A stretch of 64,000 bases of DNA from Gammaproteobacteria bacterium (GTDB taxonomy: Bacteria; Pseudomonadota; Gammaproteobacteria; SG8-11). Of the stretch, positions 28,701 to 38,390 are shown one piece after another. The notes beneath the pieces were generated by a model that was given only the letters and a program-made list of their open reading frames with translations, searched no databases and had not been told where the DNA came from. A program made the translations under genes and the position numbers. The stretch lies in NCBI GenBank assembly GCA_024641505.1, contig JAHECY010000006.1, positions 1,512 to 65,511 on the forward strand. Direction: 5' to 3'. Numbering within the stretch: the stretch's first letter is position 1; every line of letters starts with the position of its first letter.

Positions 28701-31025
28701 ATGCTTGAACCTAATGAAAAGGAGAGTTTGTTGTCGGATGCGGCGCACACCGACGTTAGCGAAACGCCGGAATACACCGATGTTGCCGTCGATTTAGACA
28801 ACAATGATGTTCTAGAACTGCAGAATAATTTGCAGGCCACGATCAAGGAACTTGCCGATGCCATGGATGCGGAAAATATGCAGCGACAGATGGTATTGCA
28901 GGCTGAACAACGCGACCAGGCCGAGCGCGCAATTGATGTTGAAATGTCCCACCCGCTCGATTCCGTAGAACATACTCCAAGCGCCGATTTTGAAATCCAT
29001 GACGCAGTTACCGTTTCCGCGACATCGACATCGGGGGTTACCGATAACCTGTCGCTGGATGAACTGCTGGCGGCGTTGAATATCAGCACCCTACCGCGGC
29101 CCGACGCGGTTGACGACAGCACCACCGAGACCACAAACGACATGCCGACCCAGGTACCGCGCATCGAGAACCTGTGGCAGGAACTCGGGGAAATCTGGCC
29201 GGTAATAACGCACCATCCTGAGGTGGTAACCAACATCGAGGAATTGTGGAGCAGGCTCAAGGAGGCGCACCATACTGGCACGCTGGGCACCGAACTTTCC
29301 CAGTTGTATTCTAAATTGACCGACGACGATACCGCTAACCCAGCACCGACGACCGCGCCACTTCGCAACAGTGATGAAGTTGCGGATATAGTCAGCCGTA
29401 TTCTTGCCGGAGTAAAGACCCGGGATATCATCAACGACACCGGTCCAGATGCGTCTGTTGCAGCGCCTCTCGCGAAACAGGGTACCGAGGAATTCGACGT
29501 CGACAATTTCCTGCAACGCTATGCCATGGACGCCGAACCCGCCCCGGCGGCCACCGTCGTACCCAAGGTTACTGAAAATCGCCAGAAAAAACCCAACACC
29601 GGCAACAAACTCACGATCAGTGCTGACGAGCTGGCGATACTGGAAAATATTCTGGGCGACCGCCTGGACCGTAACGCCATTGGCGCACCGGCGCTTGACC
29701 ATGACGCTGACGAAGTAAATACCGGGGGACATCCGCATTCTGACTCGCGGGAGATTGTCTCCCAGCCAAAACCAAACGGCACCGACCCGGCACCCATAAA
29801 AGACGTGGAACAGCCGGCGCGGCACAGCCGGTCGACCCATAAGTCTCCGTCGCGCAAGGCACACAAGTCAAGCGCGACCCACGCGACACCGACATCACCG
29901 GTTCCGTACCAGCCGGCACATACAGTTGCCAGTGCCGACGTCTCGGCGCTGGATACCAATGAAACTGATGACGATGCTGATAAAAAGTCCTACTGGCTGC
30001 CGCGCGTCACGGCCGCACTGGTAATTGTCGGTATTGCCTGGCTGTGGTTAAGTAGCGGTTCCGAGCAGGACCTCGTCGCCACCCAGGATGCAACCCGGGA
30101 AACCCGCAACGGCATGTCGCCGACACAACTTGCGGAAAATGAAAATTCAAAAACCCTCGCGGAAAGTAAAGCCGAGTACCGCCGGGCTGCGGAACAAGAG
30201 CATGCGCGCGTCGTCAGCGCCGCTGCTGCCCGCAAGACAGTCCCGAACGACAACCGTCCGATGATGCCAGGGGCGGGCAATGACACTGAAGCCAAGCGGC
30301 CCAGGGAGCTCAGTACTACAGAAGTCGCCAGCCAAATCCCGGGTACCGCAGGCGGTACCGGTGCGCCATCTGGCGTCACTGGAGACCACGTGCAAGCCCC
30401 TCCGGCCGTACAAAGTCTCGCCACCGGCTCGGTGCCCGTCGTGCCCGCGAATTCTTCGGAGCTGACGCAAAATACCGCCTACAACACGCTCACCGAAACC
30501 TTGAACCTATCCACGCAGAACATTCAAAATCTGGTCGATGGTTCCCTGGATCGTTTGCGTACCAGCACCCAAAATGGTTTGCAGGATCTTTCCCAACGTG
30601 TCAATCGGCTGGAAGACGCTATTGGCAAATTACACGCCGCCATAGAGTCCCTGTTGCACCAGAATAATGAGGCGCGCGCCGACCAAAACCGGAGTTTATC
30701 AGCATTGGGAGAGCGACTTGATGGTTTGGAAACCGCGCAAAAAAAGGCCTTTAATGCCAGAATCGAACGCGACAAGGAAGGCGTGACCATCGTGCTGACG
30801 GAACCACGCGCTGGCCGCACCGGCGAAAGTGGCGCCGACGGTACCTATGATGTGATCGTGCACACCGTGGTCAAAGGCGACACCCTGTGGGATATCGCCG
30901 CCAAGTATATCAACGATCCGTTTCGTTATCCGGAACTGGCCAAACTGAGCAAAATCAAGAACCCGGACCGTATCTTCCCCGGAGACCGGGTGCGTATCGT
31001 CCGACGTTATGTCACTGAACCGTAA
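28701..31025 (+). CDS. Large acidic single-pass membrane protein with C-terminal periplasmic coiled coil + LysM domain (HubP/FimV-like, reversed domain order)
   Basis: 774 aa. The N-terminal roughly 430 aa is highly acidic, low complexity, and has no signal peptide. One TM (YWLPRVTAALVIVGIAWLWLSS) is preceded by KK/R. C-terminal LysM (YDVIVHTVVKGDTLWDIAAKYINDPFRYPELAKLSKIKNPDRIFPGDRVRI). The minus ORF 28679-29506 is an antisense shadow. Confidence 0.6.
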   Translation: MLEPNEKESLLSDAAHTDVSETPEYTDVAVDLDNNDVLELQNNLQATIKELADAMDAENMQRQMVLQAEQRDQAERAIDVEMSHPLDSVEHTPSADFEIHDAVTVSATSTSGVTDNLSLDELLAALNISTLPRPDAVDDSTTETTNDMPTQVPRIENLWQELGEIWPVITHHPEVVTNIEELWSRLKEAHHTGTLGTELSQLYSKLTDDDTANPAPTTAPLRNSDEVADIVSRILAGVKTRDIINDTGPDASVAAPLAKQGTEEFDVDNFLQRYAMDAEPAPAATVVPKVTENRQKKPNTGNKLTISADELAILENILGDRLDRNAIGAPALDHDADEVNTGGHPHSDSREIVSQPKPNGTDPAPIKDVEQPARHSRSTHKSPSRKAHKSSATHATPTSPVPYQPAHTVASADVSALDTNETDDDADKKSYWLPRVTAALVIVGIAWLWLSSGSEQDLVATQDATRETRNGMSPTQLAENENSKTLAESKAEYRRAAEQEHARVVSAAAARKTVPNDNRPMMPGAGNDTEAKRPRELSTTEVASQIPGTAGGTGAPSGVTGDHVQAPPAVQSLATGSVPVVPANSSELTQNTAYNTLTETLNLSTQNIQNLVDGSLDRLRTSTQNGLQDLSQRVNRLEDAIGKLHAAIESLLHQNNEARADQNRSLSALGERLDGLETAQKKAFNARIERDKEGVTIVLTEPRAGRTGESGADGTYDVIVHTVVKGDTLWDIAAKYINDPFRYPELAKLSKIKNPDRIFPGDRVRIVRRYVTEP

Positions 31026-31205
31026 GGTGCGTACTACGCACCCTACGCAGATGCGAGAGGGGTGCGAAAATGCTTATGAACCAACCGGAAGGGCCGTAAG
31101 GTGCGTACTACGCACCGTTTTGCTACGCACCATCTCGCCTTTTTAATGTAGCAGCGCCGATCAAGATCCAGATCTAAAACCGGTGCGTAATACGCACCCT
31201 ACAAA
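31022..31205. repeat. Three REP palindrome copies
   Basis: gtaaggtgcgtactacgcaccctac at 31022 overlaps the LysM gene stop. Further copies lie at about 31088 and 31183. Confidence 0.8.
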
Positions 31206-31270
31206 CCGTGCCGAACATCCGGCCCGTCCTTTGCATACATAACGCAGGATCAACAACTTATTTTACAATA

Positions 31271-31849
31271 ATGAAACAAAAGCTCCAGACCCGTCTTGTT
31301 AACTATTTCATGCTGATCGCCGTCGCCGCCATGCTTATTGGCGTGGAATTCTATTTTGAAATGAGCCGCACCGAGGTCACCAGCGAAATCTGCACAATCG
31401 CCGAACAACAGGCGGCCGGCGCTGACGGTGCCCTGCCCCTGGACAATTTACGCAATAAGATCGTGATCATGTTCGGGGTTTTGACCATTGTCGTGGCCAT
31501 TGTACTCACCATGTTCATCCGCAATATCACCGCTCCTTTACAAAAAATGGCGGATGTCGCGGCGCGCATCAACGAAGGTGATCTGAGCCTGAGCGTACCC
31601 ATCGAAACCCATGATGAAATCGGTCAGGTGGGCGATGCTATCAACGAACTCACCAGCAATTTGCAGGAAGTGGCCACCATGACCAGTACCACCGCCCAGG
31701 ATACCCTGGGTCAGATCGAACGTCTGCTGGAGGCCACACGCAAGGGTGACCAGATACCGGAAACACAAGCCAGGGAGATTCGCGCCAGTCTGCAATCACT
31801 GATTGAGTTTGTGGATTCCTTCAAACTGCTGAAAACGGATATCGCCTGA
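31271..31849 (+). CDS. Small membrane protein consisting of two TM helices and a HAMP domain, no recognisable output domain
   Basis: Start at MKQKLQTRLVNYFMLIAVAAMLIG. Second TM VIMFGVLTIVVAIVLTMFI. HAMP motif NITAPLQKMADVAARINEGDLSLSVPIETHDEIGQVGDAINELTSNL. Confidence 0.55.
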   Translation: MKQKLQTRLVNYFMLIAVAAMLIGVEFYFEMSRTEVTSEICTIAEQQAAGADGALPLDNLRNKIVIMFGVLTIVVAIVLTMFIRNITAPLQKMADVAARINEGDLSLSVPIETHDEIGQVGDAINELTSNLQEVATMTSTTAQDTLGQIERLLEATRKGDQIPETQAREIRASLQSLIEFVDSFKLLKTDIA

Positions 31850-31852
31850 ACC

Positions 31853-32608
31853 ATGGAAGCACTGGGCCTGATCATCGCCGGCGTCTGCATCGCGTCCGCC
31901 GCCATGGCCGTCGGTATTGGCGGCGGTATCTTATGGACGCCATTGCTGATCCTGGCTTACGGTTTAACACCTCAGGAAGCGGTAGCCACGTCGCTGATGA
32001 TCCAGGTGGTGGGCATGGGCAGCGGCACCCTGGCCTATATGAAGGCCAAACTCACCCAGGTAAAACTCAGCCTGGTGTTTTTCTGTGCCGCGCTACCCGG
32101 CGTCATTATCGGCGGCTTCCTGAGCGTGCATCTCTCCCAGGACGCCGTGCAAATGATGTTGGGCGTGATGGCCATGACCGTGGCGGTATTGTTCGTCGCC
32201 GGCCAGGATCAGTTCAGTGAAGGCGGCAATTACGCGCCGGACCGGCGCAATATCGGCAAGTTACTGCCGATTCCGGCATTCTTCGGTTTCATGATGGGCA
32301 CCCTGTCCGTGGGGATCGGCGAGTGGCTGGTGCCGGCGCTGCGCCAGCGCCTGCATCTGGAAATGCGCCAAGCCATCGGCACCGTGATCCCGGTAATGTT
32401 TCTGCTCGCCATCTGCGCCTCCCTGGTCCACTGGAGTCAATCGGACAGCCTGCACTTGAACTATTTCGCCTATGGCGGCATCGGCACCTTTGTCGGCGGC
32501 CAGATCGGGCCGCGCATTTCCCAACGCATTGACGAACGCATCTTGAAACAAAGCTTTATCTATCTGATGACCTTGATCGGCATACATATGATTTTTCAGG
32601 CGATCTGA
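31853..32608 (+). CDS. TauE/SafE (DUF81) family anion exporter membrane protein
   Basis: 251-aa polytopic protein with the typical internally duplicated 4-TM architecture and a GIGGG motif. Begins 4 nt after the preceding stop. Confidence 0.7.
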   Translation: MEALGLIIAGVCIASAAMAVGIGGGILWTPLLILAYGLTPQEAVATSLMIQVVGMGSGTLAYMKAKLTQVKLSLVFFCAALPGVIIGGFLSVHLSQDAVQMMLGVMAMTVAVLFVAGQDQFSEGGNYAPDRRNIGKLLPIPAFFGFMMGTLSVGIGEWLVPALRQRLHLEMRQAIGTVIPVMFLLAICASLVHWSQSDSLHLNYFAYGGIGTFVGGQIGPRISQRIDERILKQSFIYLMTLIGIHMIFQAI

Positions 32609-32745
32609 GCCGATTCCGACTTTCGCGCCCGTAAAACCCAAGGCAAAAGTTCAGCGCGGTGCGTAATACGCACCCTTATACGTCTTTGGTCGGCATACAT
32701 ATGATCTTACCGGTGATCTGAGTCGACCCCGACTTCCGGTCACGC
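32575..32745. repeat. REP copy flanked by a roughly 55-bp direct duplication of the tauE-like gene 3-prime end
   Basis: cggcatacatatgatttttcaggcgatctgagccgattccgactttcgcgcc appears again as cggcatacatatgatcttaccggtgatctgagtcgaccccgacttccggtcacg after the REP ggtgcgtaatacgcacc at about 32657. Confidence 0.8.
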
Positions 32746-33034
32746 TTCATCACTGGTAAAGAATCGATCCGGCGCGCCGATGAACTGATGTCCGGTGGCT
32801 AATGAAAGCCCCAATTGAATTTTCACTGAACACAGACCGCCGCACCCATGCTGAAAGCACTCTATCTCACCTGCACACGAACCGGTTTGACGCTGACCCT
32901 GCTGGGGCAGATGCTGTCCCTGTGCATGCGTGATGAAGAAGACTGCTACTGCCTGTTTGTCATCGCCGCGGCGTTGTTTATCAGCGGATTCCTGCTATTG
33001 GCTCTGGTTTGAAACCAGCGTGTGAAGCCCGCAC

Positions 33035-33793
33035 TCACGCCGGCGGTTGAATATCCAGCACATGAATCATACGCAAACGCGTTTTGTCAAACACACCGAT
33101 AAACCAGTGGTAGCGAGACCGCACGGGAATATAAACAAGTTTGTCCCGGTCACCCTCCAGACCGCGCAGATATTCCTGATAAGTCCGCATGTCGTCAGGT
33201 TTCTGCGCTAAATAACTGTCCATATCAATCGCGGCGGCAATGATCTTTCCGATGTTGCTGTCATTGATCGGACGGAAGTGCTCACTGAAAAGATACACCG
33301 GTTGACTGTTTTTAAGCGCTCTGACACGCAGCGCCTGTTCAGATACGGGATCTTTCGGCATTTCGAAATAAATCAGCGCGGGTTGCTCCCGGTCAAACGC
33401 CGCCAGCTCGGATGTCGTCAACCCGGCCTCCGTCAAAATCGAGGTACTGATGGGATGAAAGCTCTCATCGGCGAACACCACGGCGACCGGGCGCTCGTTG
33501 TATACAAAATAGGTACCGGCGGTCAGTGCCAGGGTTTGAAACAGGGCGATGGCGCTCATGTCGAACTTCAACCCGGGTTTACCCTGTTTGAACACCACCA
33601 GCGTGAGCAAAGGCCCCAATACCACATCGACGCCTGCGACGATGCGAATGCCCTGCCAACCGCCGTCGCTGGTGAAATACCCGTGCGGATACCAATGCAC
33701 CAGGATCATATAGAGCAATCCCAAGAAAATACACAAACTGAGGGCGAAATGAATTCCGAAGGCTTGCCAGCGATTGATATTTTTCAAATGCAT
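33035..33793 (-). CDS. Membrane protein (3 N-terminal TM helices + about 140-aa soluble domain), possibly type IV pilin accessory protein (FimB/TfpY/TfpZ-like)
   Basis: 252-aa ORF divergent from pilS. TM helices FGIHFALSLCIFLGLLYMIL, IVAGVDVVLGPLLTLVVF and AIALFQTLALTAGTYFVY. The assignment rests on context and architecture only. Confidence 0.4.
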   Translation of the reverse strand: MHLKNINRWQAFGIHFALSLCIFLGLLYMILVHWYPHGYFTSDGGWQGIRIVAGVDVVLGPLLTLVVFKQGKPGLKFDMSAIALFQTLALTAGTYFVYNERPVAVVFADESFHPISTSILTEAGLTTSELAAFDREQPALIYFEMPKDPVSEQALRVRALKNSQPVYLFSEHFRPINDSNIGKIIAAAIDMDSYLAQKPDDMRTYQEYLRGLEGDRDKLVYIPVRSRYHWFIGVFDKTRLRMIHVLDIQPPA

Positions 33794-33985
33794 ATAGACC
33801 TCGAGAAATCCGCAAATAACACACAGAAGTATCCATCAAAATATCGTACCGGTGATGAATTACTTAAGCACGGAAATATCCGGTATTTCTCCTGCCTCCA
33901 CGGCGACCATACACGCGTATTCCGCAATTTGTGTCCGGCTGAAAAACTGACTTATATTTTGGGAAATTATGCCGAAAAACTGTCC

Positions 33986-35617
33986 ATGAGCATTCTTTCC
34001 ACTGCATATCCCGATCATCCGGCGGATTCTATCGAGGCGTCCTACCCGGATCATATTCACACCTGGCGACCGTTGTTCTGGCTGAATATCTATCGTTTCG
34101 TCCTCAGTTTGTTCCTGGTCGGATACTTGCTAAGCAGCGGCGACGAATCCTATATCGGAAAAATGCTGCCGGATCTGGCCAAGCATACCAGTGTCATCTA
34201 TTTACTGTTCAGCAGTCTGACCTTTGTCACCATACGCATGATGCGCCCCGATTTCATCATCCAGGTACATATGCAGGTGATGGTGGACATCACTCTGCTC
34301 ACCCTGCTGATGCATGCCAGCGGCGGCATTCAAAGCGGCTTGGGCATGTTCATCAATATCGTGATTGCCGGTGGCGCCATCGTGGTCCCGGGGCGCAACG
34401 CCAACCTGTTCGCGTCCCTGGCGAGCCTGGCGTTACTCGCGGAACAAGCCTCCGCTTACTTCAGCAGTGAAGTGCCTACCAACTATCCGCAGGCGGGCAT
34501 TCTTGGGGTCAGCTTTTTCGCTACCGCCACCCTCGCCTATGTGCTGGCACGGCGCATTCGTGCCAGTGAGGCGCTGGCCAGTCAGCGGGGCGCCGATTTG
34601 GCCAATATGGCGGAACTCAACGAGCACATCATCCAACAAATGGATTCCGGGGTTATCGTTATCGATCATCGCCTGACAGTGCGTCACGCCAACCGCGCCG
34701 CCAGCCGCATGCTCGCCAAAAACAATATTCTTTACGGTCAAAAACTTATTAATATCGCACCGGAACTGGCAACCGCCTACCAGCAATGGCGTGTACACCA
34801 GCAACCCCAGAACCGGGATTTGCATGTCATGGAGAACGGACGCGAGCTGCACCCCCAATTCATTCTGCTGGGCAGCCATGACGAGTCGGGCATACTGATT
34901 TTCCTCGAGGACATCAGTGATACCTTGCATCAGGCACAGCAAATGAAACTTGCGTCCCTGGGCCGACTCACCGCCAGTATTGCCCATGAAATACGCAATC
35001 CCCTGGGCGCCATCAGCCATGCCGGTCAGTTGCTTGGCGAATCGACCGCGCTGCCGCCGGCTGATCAGCGCCTGGCGCAGATCATCCAAAATCATACACA
35101 GCGGGTCAACGTCATTATTGAGAACATACTGCAATTGAGTCGCCGGGATCATTTTGCGCCGCAGTCTATCGCGCTTATTCCATGGCTTGACAAATTCGTC
35201 GACGAATTCACCACCGACAACGATTTACCGGCCGACAGTATCCAAATTATCGGACATAGTTCGCTGACCATTGTCATGGATCCATCTCAATTGCATCAGG
35301 TCATCAACAATATCGCGAGCAACGCCTTGCGCTATTGCGTGCGCACACAGTCACCCTGGATAAAACTGCTGGCCGGTGTAATCGCGGAACGGGAAACTCC
35401 ATACCTGGATATTATTGATAATGGACCCGGCATCCCGGCGCATTTTCAGGCAAATATTTTCGAGCCGTTCTTTACCACTGAAAACACGGGCACCGGACTA
35501 GGCTTGTATATCAGCAAGGAATTGTGCGCCATCAACAAAGCCAAGTTGGCTTACTTTATCACCAAAGAGGGTGAAAGCTGCTTTCGCATCTACTTTTCCA
35601 ATCATCAGCATGTGTGA
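33986..35617 (+). CDS. pilS: Sensor histidine kinase PilS (6-TM, PAS, HisKA, HATPase)
   Basis: Start at MSILSTAY (in-frame internal ATG; the ORF-track 5-prime extension overlaps the divergent gene). Multi-TM N-terminus. H-box SIAHEIRNPLGAI. N/G boxes (IIDNGPGIP...GTGLGL). Immediately upstream of pilR. Confidence 0.85.
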   Translation: MSILSTAYPDHPADSIEASYPDHIHTWRPLFWLNIYRFVLSLFLVGYLLSSGDESYIGKMLPDLAKHTSVIYLLFSSLTFVTIRMMRPDFIIQVHMQVMVDITLLTLLMHASGGIQSGLGMFINIVIAGGAIVVPGRNANLFASLASLALLAEQASAYFSSEVPTNYPQAGILGVSFFATATLAYVLARRIRASEALASQRGADLANMAELNEHIIQQMDSGVIVIDHRLTVRHANRAASRMLAKNNILYGQKLINIAPELATAYQQWRVHQQPQNRDLHVMENGRELHPQFILLGSHDESGILIFLEDISDTLHQAQQMKLASLGRLTASIAHEIRNPLGAISHAGQLLGESTALPPADQRLAQIIQNHTQRVNVIIENILQLSRRDHFAPQSIALIPWLDKFVDEFTTDNDLPADSIQIIGHSSLTIVMDPSQLHQVINNIASNALRYCVRTQSPWIKLLAGVIAERETPYLDIIDNGPGIPAHFQANIFEPFFTTENTGTGLGLYISKELCAINKAKLAYFITKEGESCFRIYFSNHQHV

Positions 35618-35623
35618 GGCGCC

Positions 35624-37000
35624 ATGAACACCCCATTAACCCTGCTGGTGGACGATGAACCTGATTTGTGCGAACTGCTGTCGCTGACGCTGCAGCGTAT
35701 GAACATCAACTCCCGGGTCGCCCACAATATCGAACAGGCAAAACAATTACTCGCCGACGAAAAATTCGATTTGTGTCTCACCGACATGAGACTGCCCGAT
35801 GGCAATGGCATTGATCTAGTGCGGCATGTACAACATCGGTACAGCGATTTGCCGATCGCGGTGATTACCGCCCATGGCAATATGGAAGCGGCAGTCGAAG
35901 CGTTGAAATCGGGTGCTTTTGACTTTGTTTCCAAACCCGTGAATCTGCAGGTGCTGCGTAATCTGGTACAAACCGCCCTGCGCCTGACCCAAAAGTTCCC
36001 GGAAACGGACCGCCGTACCCGCGACATCTTAATCGGCGATTCCGCGCAGATGCAGCAATTGCGCGGCACCATTGCCAAATTGGCGCGCAGTCAGGCACCG
36101 GTGTATATCAGCGGTGAATCCGGTACCGGCAAGGAACTGGTAGCACGCATGCTGCACGAAAAAGGACCCCGCGCCGGCGGTCCGTTCATGCCGGTAAATT
36201 GTGGCGCGATCCCGGGGGAATTGATGGAAAGCGAATTTTTCGGGCACCGCAAGGGCAGCTTCACCGGTGCGCACAGCGACAAACAAGGTTTGTTCCAGGC
36301 GGCTCAGGGTGGCACCCTGTTTCTGGACGAGGTCGCGGATCTACCGCTCAGCATGCAGGTGAAACTGCTGCGTGTGATTCAGGAACGGGCGGTGCGTCCG
36401 ATCGGCGATGCCAAGGAATTGCCGATCGACGTGCGCATCCTGTGCGCCACCCATAAGCCGCTGTCAACTCTGGTGGCCCAGGGCGCGTTTCGGCAAGATC
36501 TTTACTATCGCCTGAATGTCATCGAAGTCCGGGTGCCTCCGCTGAATCAGCGCATCGAGGATTTGCAGGAACTGGTCCCTCATATCATCAAAAAACTGAC
36601 CGGTAACGCCGTCCCGCCATTGACCGTCGACCCCGCGGCACTGGTCAAACTTGGCACCTATGACTTTCCCGGCAATATCCGGGAATTGGAAAACATTCTG
36701 GAGCGCGCCAGTACGCTGTGCGAAAACAATATCATTCGGGAACAGGATCTGGACCTCGGCAGATCCTCTTCCACTCTGGCACCGGCGCCGAAAGCCGAGC
36801 GCGAACCCCTCGAATCCAAAACCCATACCCGCGGCATGACACCCGACGAAAACCTCGAAGAGTACCTGGAATCCGTGGAACGCAGCACCATACTCGAAGC
36901 GCTGGCGGCTACCGGTCAAAACAAGACAGCCGCCGCCCGCAAACTCGGCATTAGTTTTCGGGCCTTGCGTTACCGGTTAAAGAAGCTGGGGCTGGATTAG
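35624..37000 (+). CDS. pilR: Sigma-54-dependent response regulator PilR
   Basis: REC (LLVDDEPDLCELL...LCLTDMRLPDGNG). Sigma54 AAA+ domain (GESGTGKELVARMLH...GAFRQDLYYRLNV with the GAFTGA-like ESEFFGHRKGSFTGA motif). C-terminal Fis-type HTH. Confidence 0.9.
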   Translation: MNTPLTLLVDDEPDLCELLSLTLQRMNINSRVAHNIEQAKQLLADEKFDLCLTDMRLPDGNGIDLVRHVQHRYSDLPIAVITAHGNMEAAVEALKSGAFDFVSKPVNLQVLRNLVQTALRLTQKFPETDRRTRDILIGDSAQMQQLRGTIAKLARSQAPVYISGESGTGKELVARMLHEKGPRAGGPFMPVNCGAIPGELMESEFFGHRKGSFTGAHSDKQGLFQAAQGGTLFLDEVADLPLSMQVKLLRVIQERAVRPIGDAKELPIDVRILCATHKPLSTLVAQGAFRQDLYYRLNVIEVRVPPLNQRIEDLQELVPHIIKKLTGNAVPPLTVDPAALVKLGTYDFPGNIRELENILERASTLCENNIIREQDLDLGRSSSTLAPAPKAEREPLESKTHTRGMTPDENLEEYLESVERSTILEALAATGQNKTAAARKLGISFRALRYRLKKLGLD

Positions 37001-37097
37001 GTGACCTTATCCTACACCCGCGAGTGTCCATTCTGGTCACCTGACCATTTGTATCAGCGCTTTCCGTTATATGGATATTACGAATACTGCTCTCCCC

Positions 37098-37140
37098 CGG
37101 GTTCAGCACTTGCTGCAGTGCTTGGCTAAGTTTTTGTTTT
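37098..37140 (+). terminator. Probable rho-independent terminator downstream of pilR
   Basis: agcacttgctgcagtgct hairpin followed by tggctaagtttttgtttt. Confidence 0.5.
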
Positions 37141-37201
37141 ACATTCCATAGTTACCCGTTCCGGCAAGATTCTCAAGTTTCGTCGCCATGCAACCGATAC
37201 C

Positions 37202-37217
37202 TGGCACAACTACTGCA
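37202..37217 (+). promoter_or_regulatory. Sigma-54 (-24/-12) promoter candidate for pilin gene
   Basis: TGGCACaactaCTGCA matches the TGGCAC-N5-TTGCA consensus (GG and GC 10 nt apart). About 140 bp upstream of the first pilin ATG, with the sigma54 activator PilR encoded adjacent. Confidence 0.5.
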
Positions 37218-37357
37218 CTAAGCACAGCAAGGCAAGTTTCCTGGGCCTTGCTTCAAGGATAGATCGGTTAATGCAGCGCCTAAAACAGACCACTGGCAAG
37301 GTTACAGGAAACTTGATCCCCCTGATTCACAACAATGCTTTAGAAGAGGAGCTCCAA

Positions 37358-37840
37358 ATGAAGAATGTAAAAGGTTTTACCTTGATCGAATTGATGATCG
37401 TGGTCGCGATCATCGGTATCCTGGCAGCCATCGCCATCCCGGCTTACAACGGCTACATCGCACAAAGTAAAGTTTCCGGCATGATCGAAAACATGGAAAA
37501 CGGTTTCCGTTTAGCCAAAGCCGAAGCTGCCAAAATCGCCGCTGGCGGTGTGTGCGTCAGCGTCGTCAACCAAGCCAATGACAATGGTGGAGTTGCACTT
37601 GCTGGCAAACGCGCTATCGGTGACCAAACCGTAGACGCATATGCAGTTGGTGCCGTCGCCAGCCCCGGCCAGATCGCCATCACCGACGCCGGCAGCACCC
37701 TGCCGACCGCCGCTGACGACAACGGCTGCCCGGAACCCGGTGACACTGTTGTTGTAACGATGACCCCGCCTGCAGGTCTGGTAGCCGCTGCGTTCCCTGG
37801 TGGCGCCCTGCCTGCTGACAAGACCTTCGTGGCCGAGTAA
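37358..37840 (+). CDS. pilA: Type IV pilin (major pilin candidate, PilA-like)
   Basis: Class III leader MKNVKGF|[23 protein letters not shown] (Gly-1, Phe+1, Glu+5). RBS agaggag. Two Cys (GVCVSV, NGCPEP) allow a C-terminal disulfide loop. 160 aa. Confidence 0.85.
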   Translation: MKNVKGFTLIELMIVVAIIGILAAIAIPAYNGYIAQSKVSGMIENMENGFRLAKAEAAKIAAGGVCVSVVNQANDNGGVALAGKRAIGDQTVDAYAVGAVASPGQIAITDAGSTLPTAADDNGCPEPGDTVVVTMTPPAGLVAAAFPGGALPADKTFVAE

Positions 37841-37887
37841 GCGGTTGATAAGCACGGAGCAGTAGCACCACACCGTGCTGATTAGGA

Positions 37888-37922
37888 TAAAAGGGGCTGG
37901 TAAACACTAGCCCCTTTTTTTA
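37888..37922 (+). terminator. Rho-independent terminator after first pilin gene
   Basis: aaaggggctggtaaacactagcccctttttttt: a GC stem followed by a T-run. Confidence 0.65.
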
Positions 37923-37952
37923 TGTTCAAGTTCCATCATGTGAGCAGCGACT

Positions 37953-38390
37953 ATGGAGTCCAGACAAACAGGATTTACTCTCATAGAATTAATGATTGTG
38001 GTTGCAATCATTGGCATCCTCGCCTCGATCGCCATCCCAGCCTACAACGGCCATATTCGCCAGACCAAGATAGCTGCGCTGATCGAGCATCAGGCAAATG
38101 CGATCAAGATTATCAAAAGCGAAGCCGCGAAAATCGCCGCGGGCGCAAACGGGGCCGATGTTATCGTGCAACTGAACTTTGGCGACCGTAAAGCGGTGGG
38201 CGACACCAGCGTAGCCGCATTTGTCGCCGCGGCGCCCGGCGCCCCCGGCCAAATAGAAATCACGGGCATGACCGGAGCCGGTAATGTGCCTTCACCGGCA
38301 GATGCAATTTCCGTCACCATGATTCCCATAGCCGCCACTAACGCCGCGGATTACCCGGTGCCATTAAGCATTACTTTTTCGGTTGAGTAG
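37953..38390 (+). CDS. Type IV pilin paralogue (no cysteines)
   Basis: Leader MESRQTGF|[25 protein letters not shown]. 145 aa. No Cys residues. Confidence 0.8.
   Translation: MESRQTGFTLIELMIVVAIIGILASIAIPAYNGHIRQTKIAALIEHQANAIKIIKSEAAKIAAGANGADVIVQLNFGDRKAVGDTSVAAFVAAAPGAPGQIEITGMTGAGNVPSPADAISVTMIPIAATNAADYPVPLSITFSVE

Noticed and set aside
28679-29506. 275-aa Ser/Thr-rich minus ORF
   Set aside because: Antisense to the Asp/Glu-rich N-terminus of the LysM protein. The complement of the acidic codons gives the Ser/Val-rich artefact.
33278-33985. 5-prime extension of the pilS ORF in the track (start at 33278)
   Set aside because: The extension overlaps the divergent membrane-protein gene and encodes no TM or domain features. 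The in-frame ATG at 33986 begins the polytopic PilS N-terminus.
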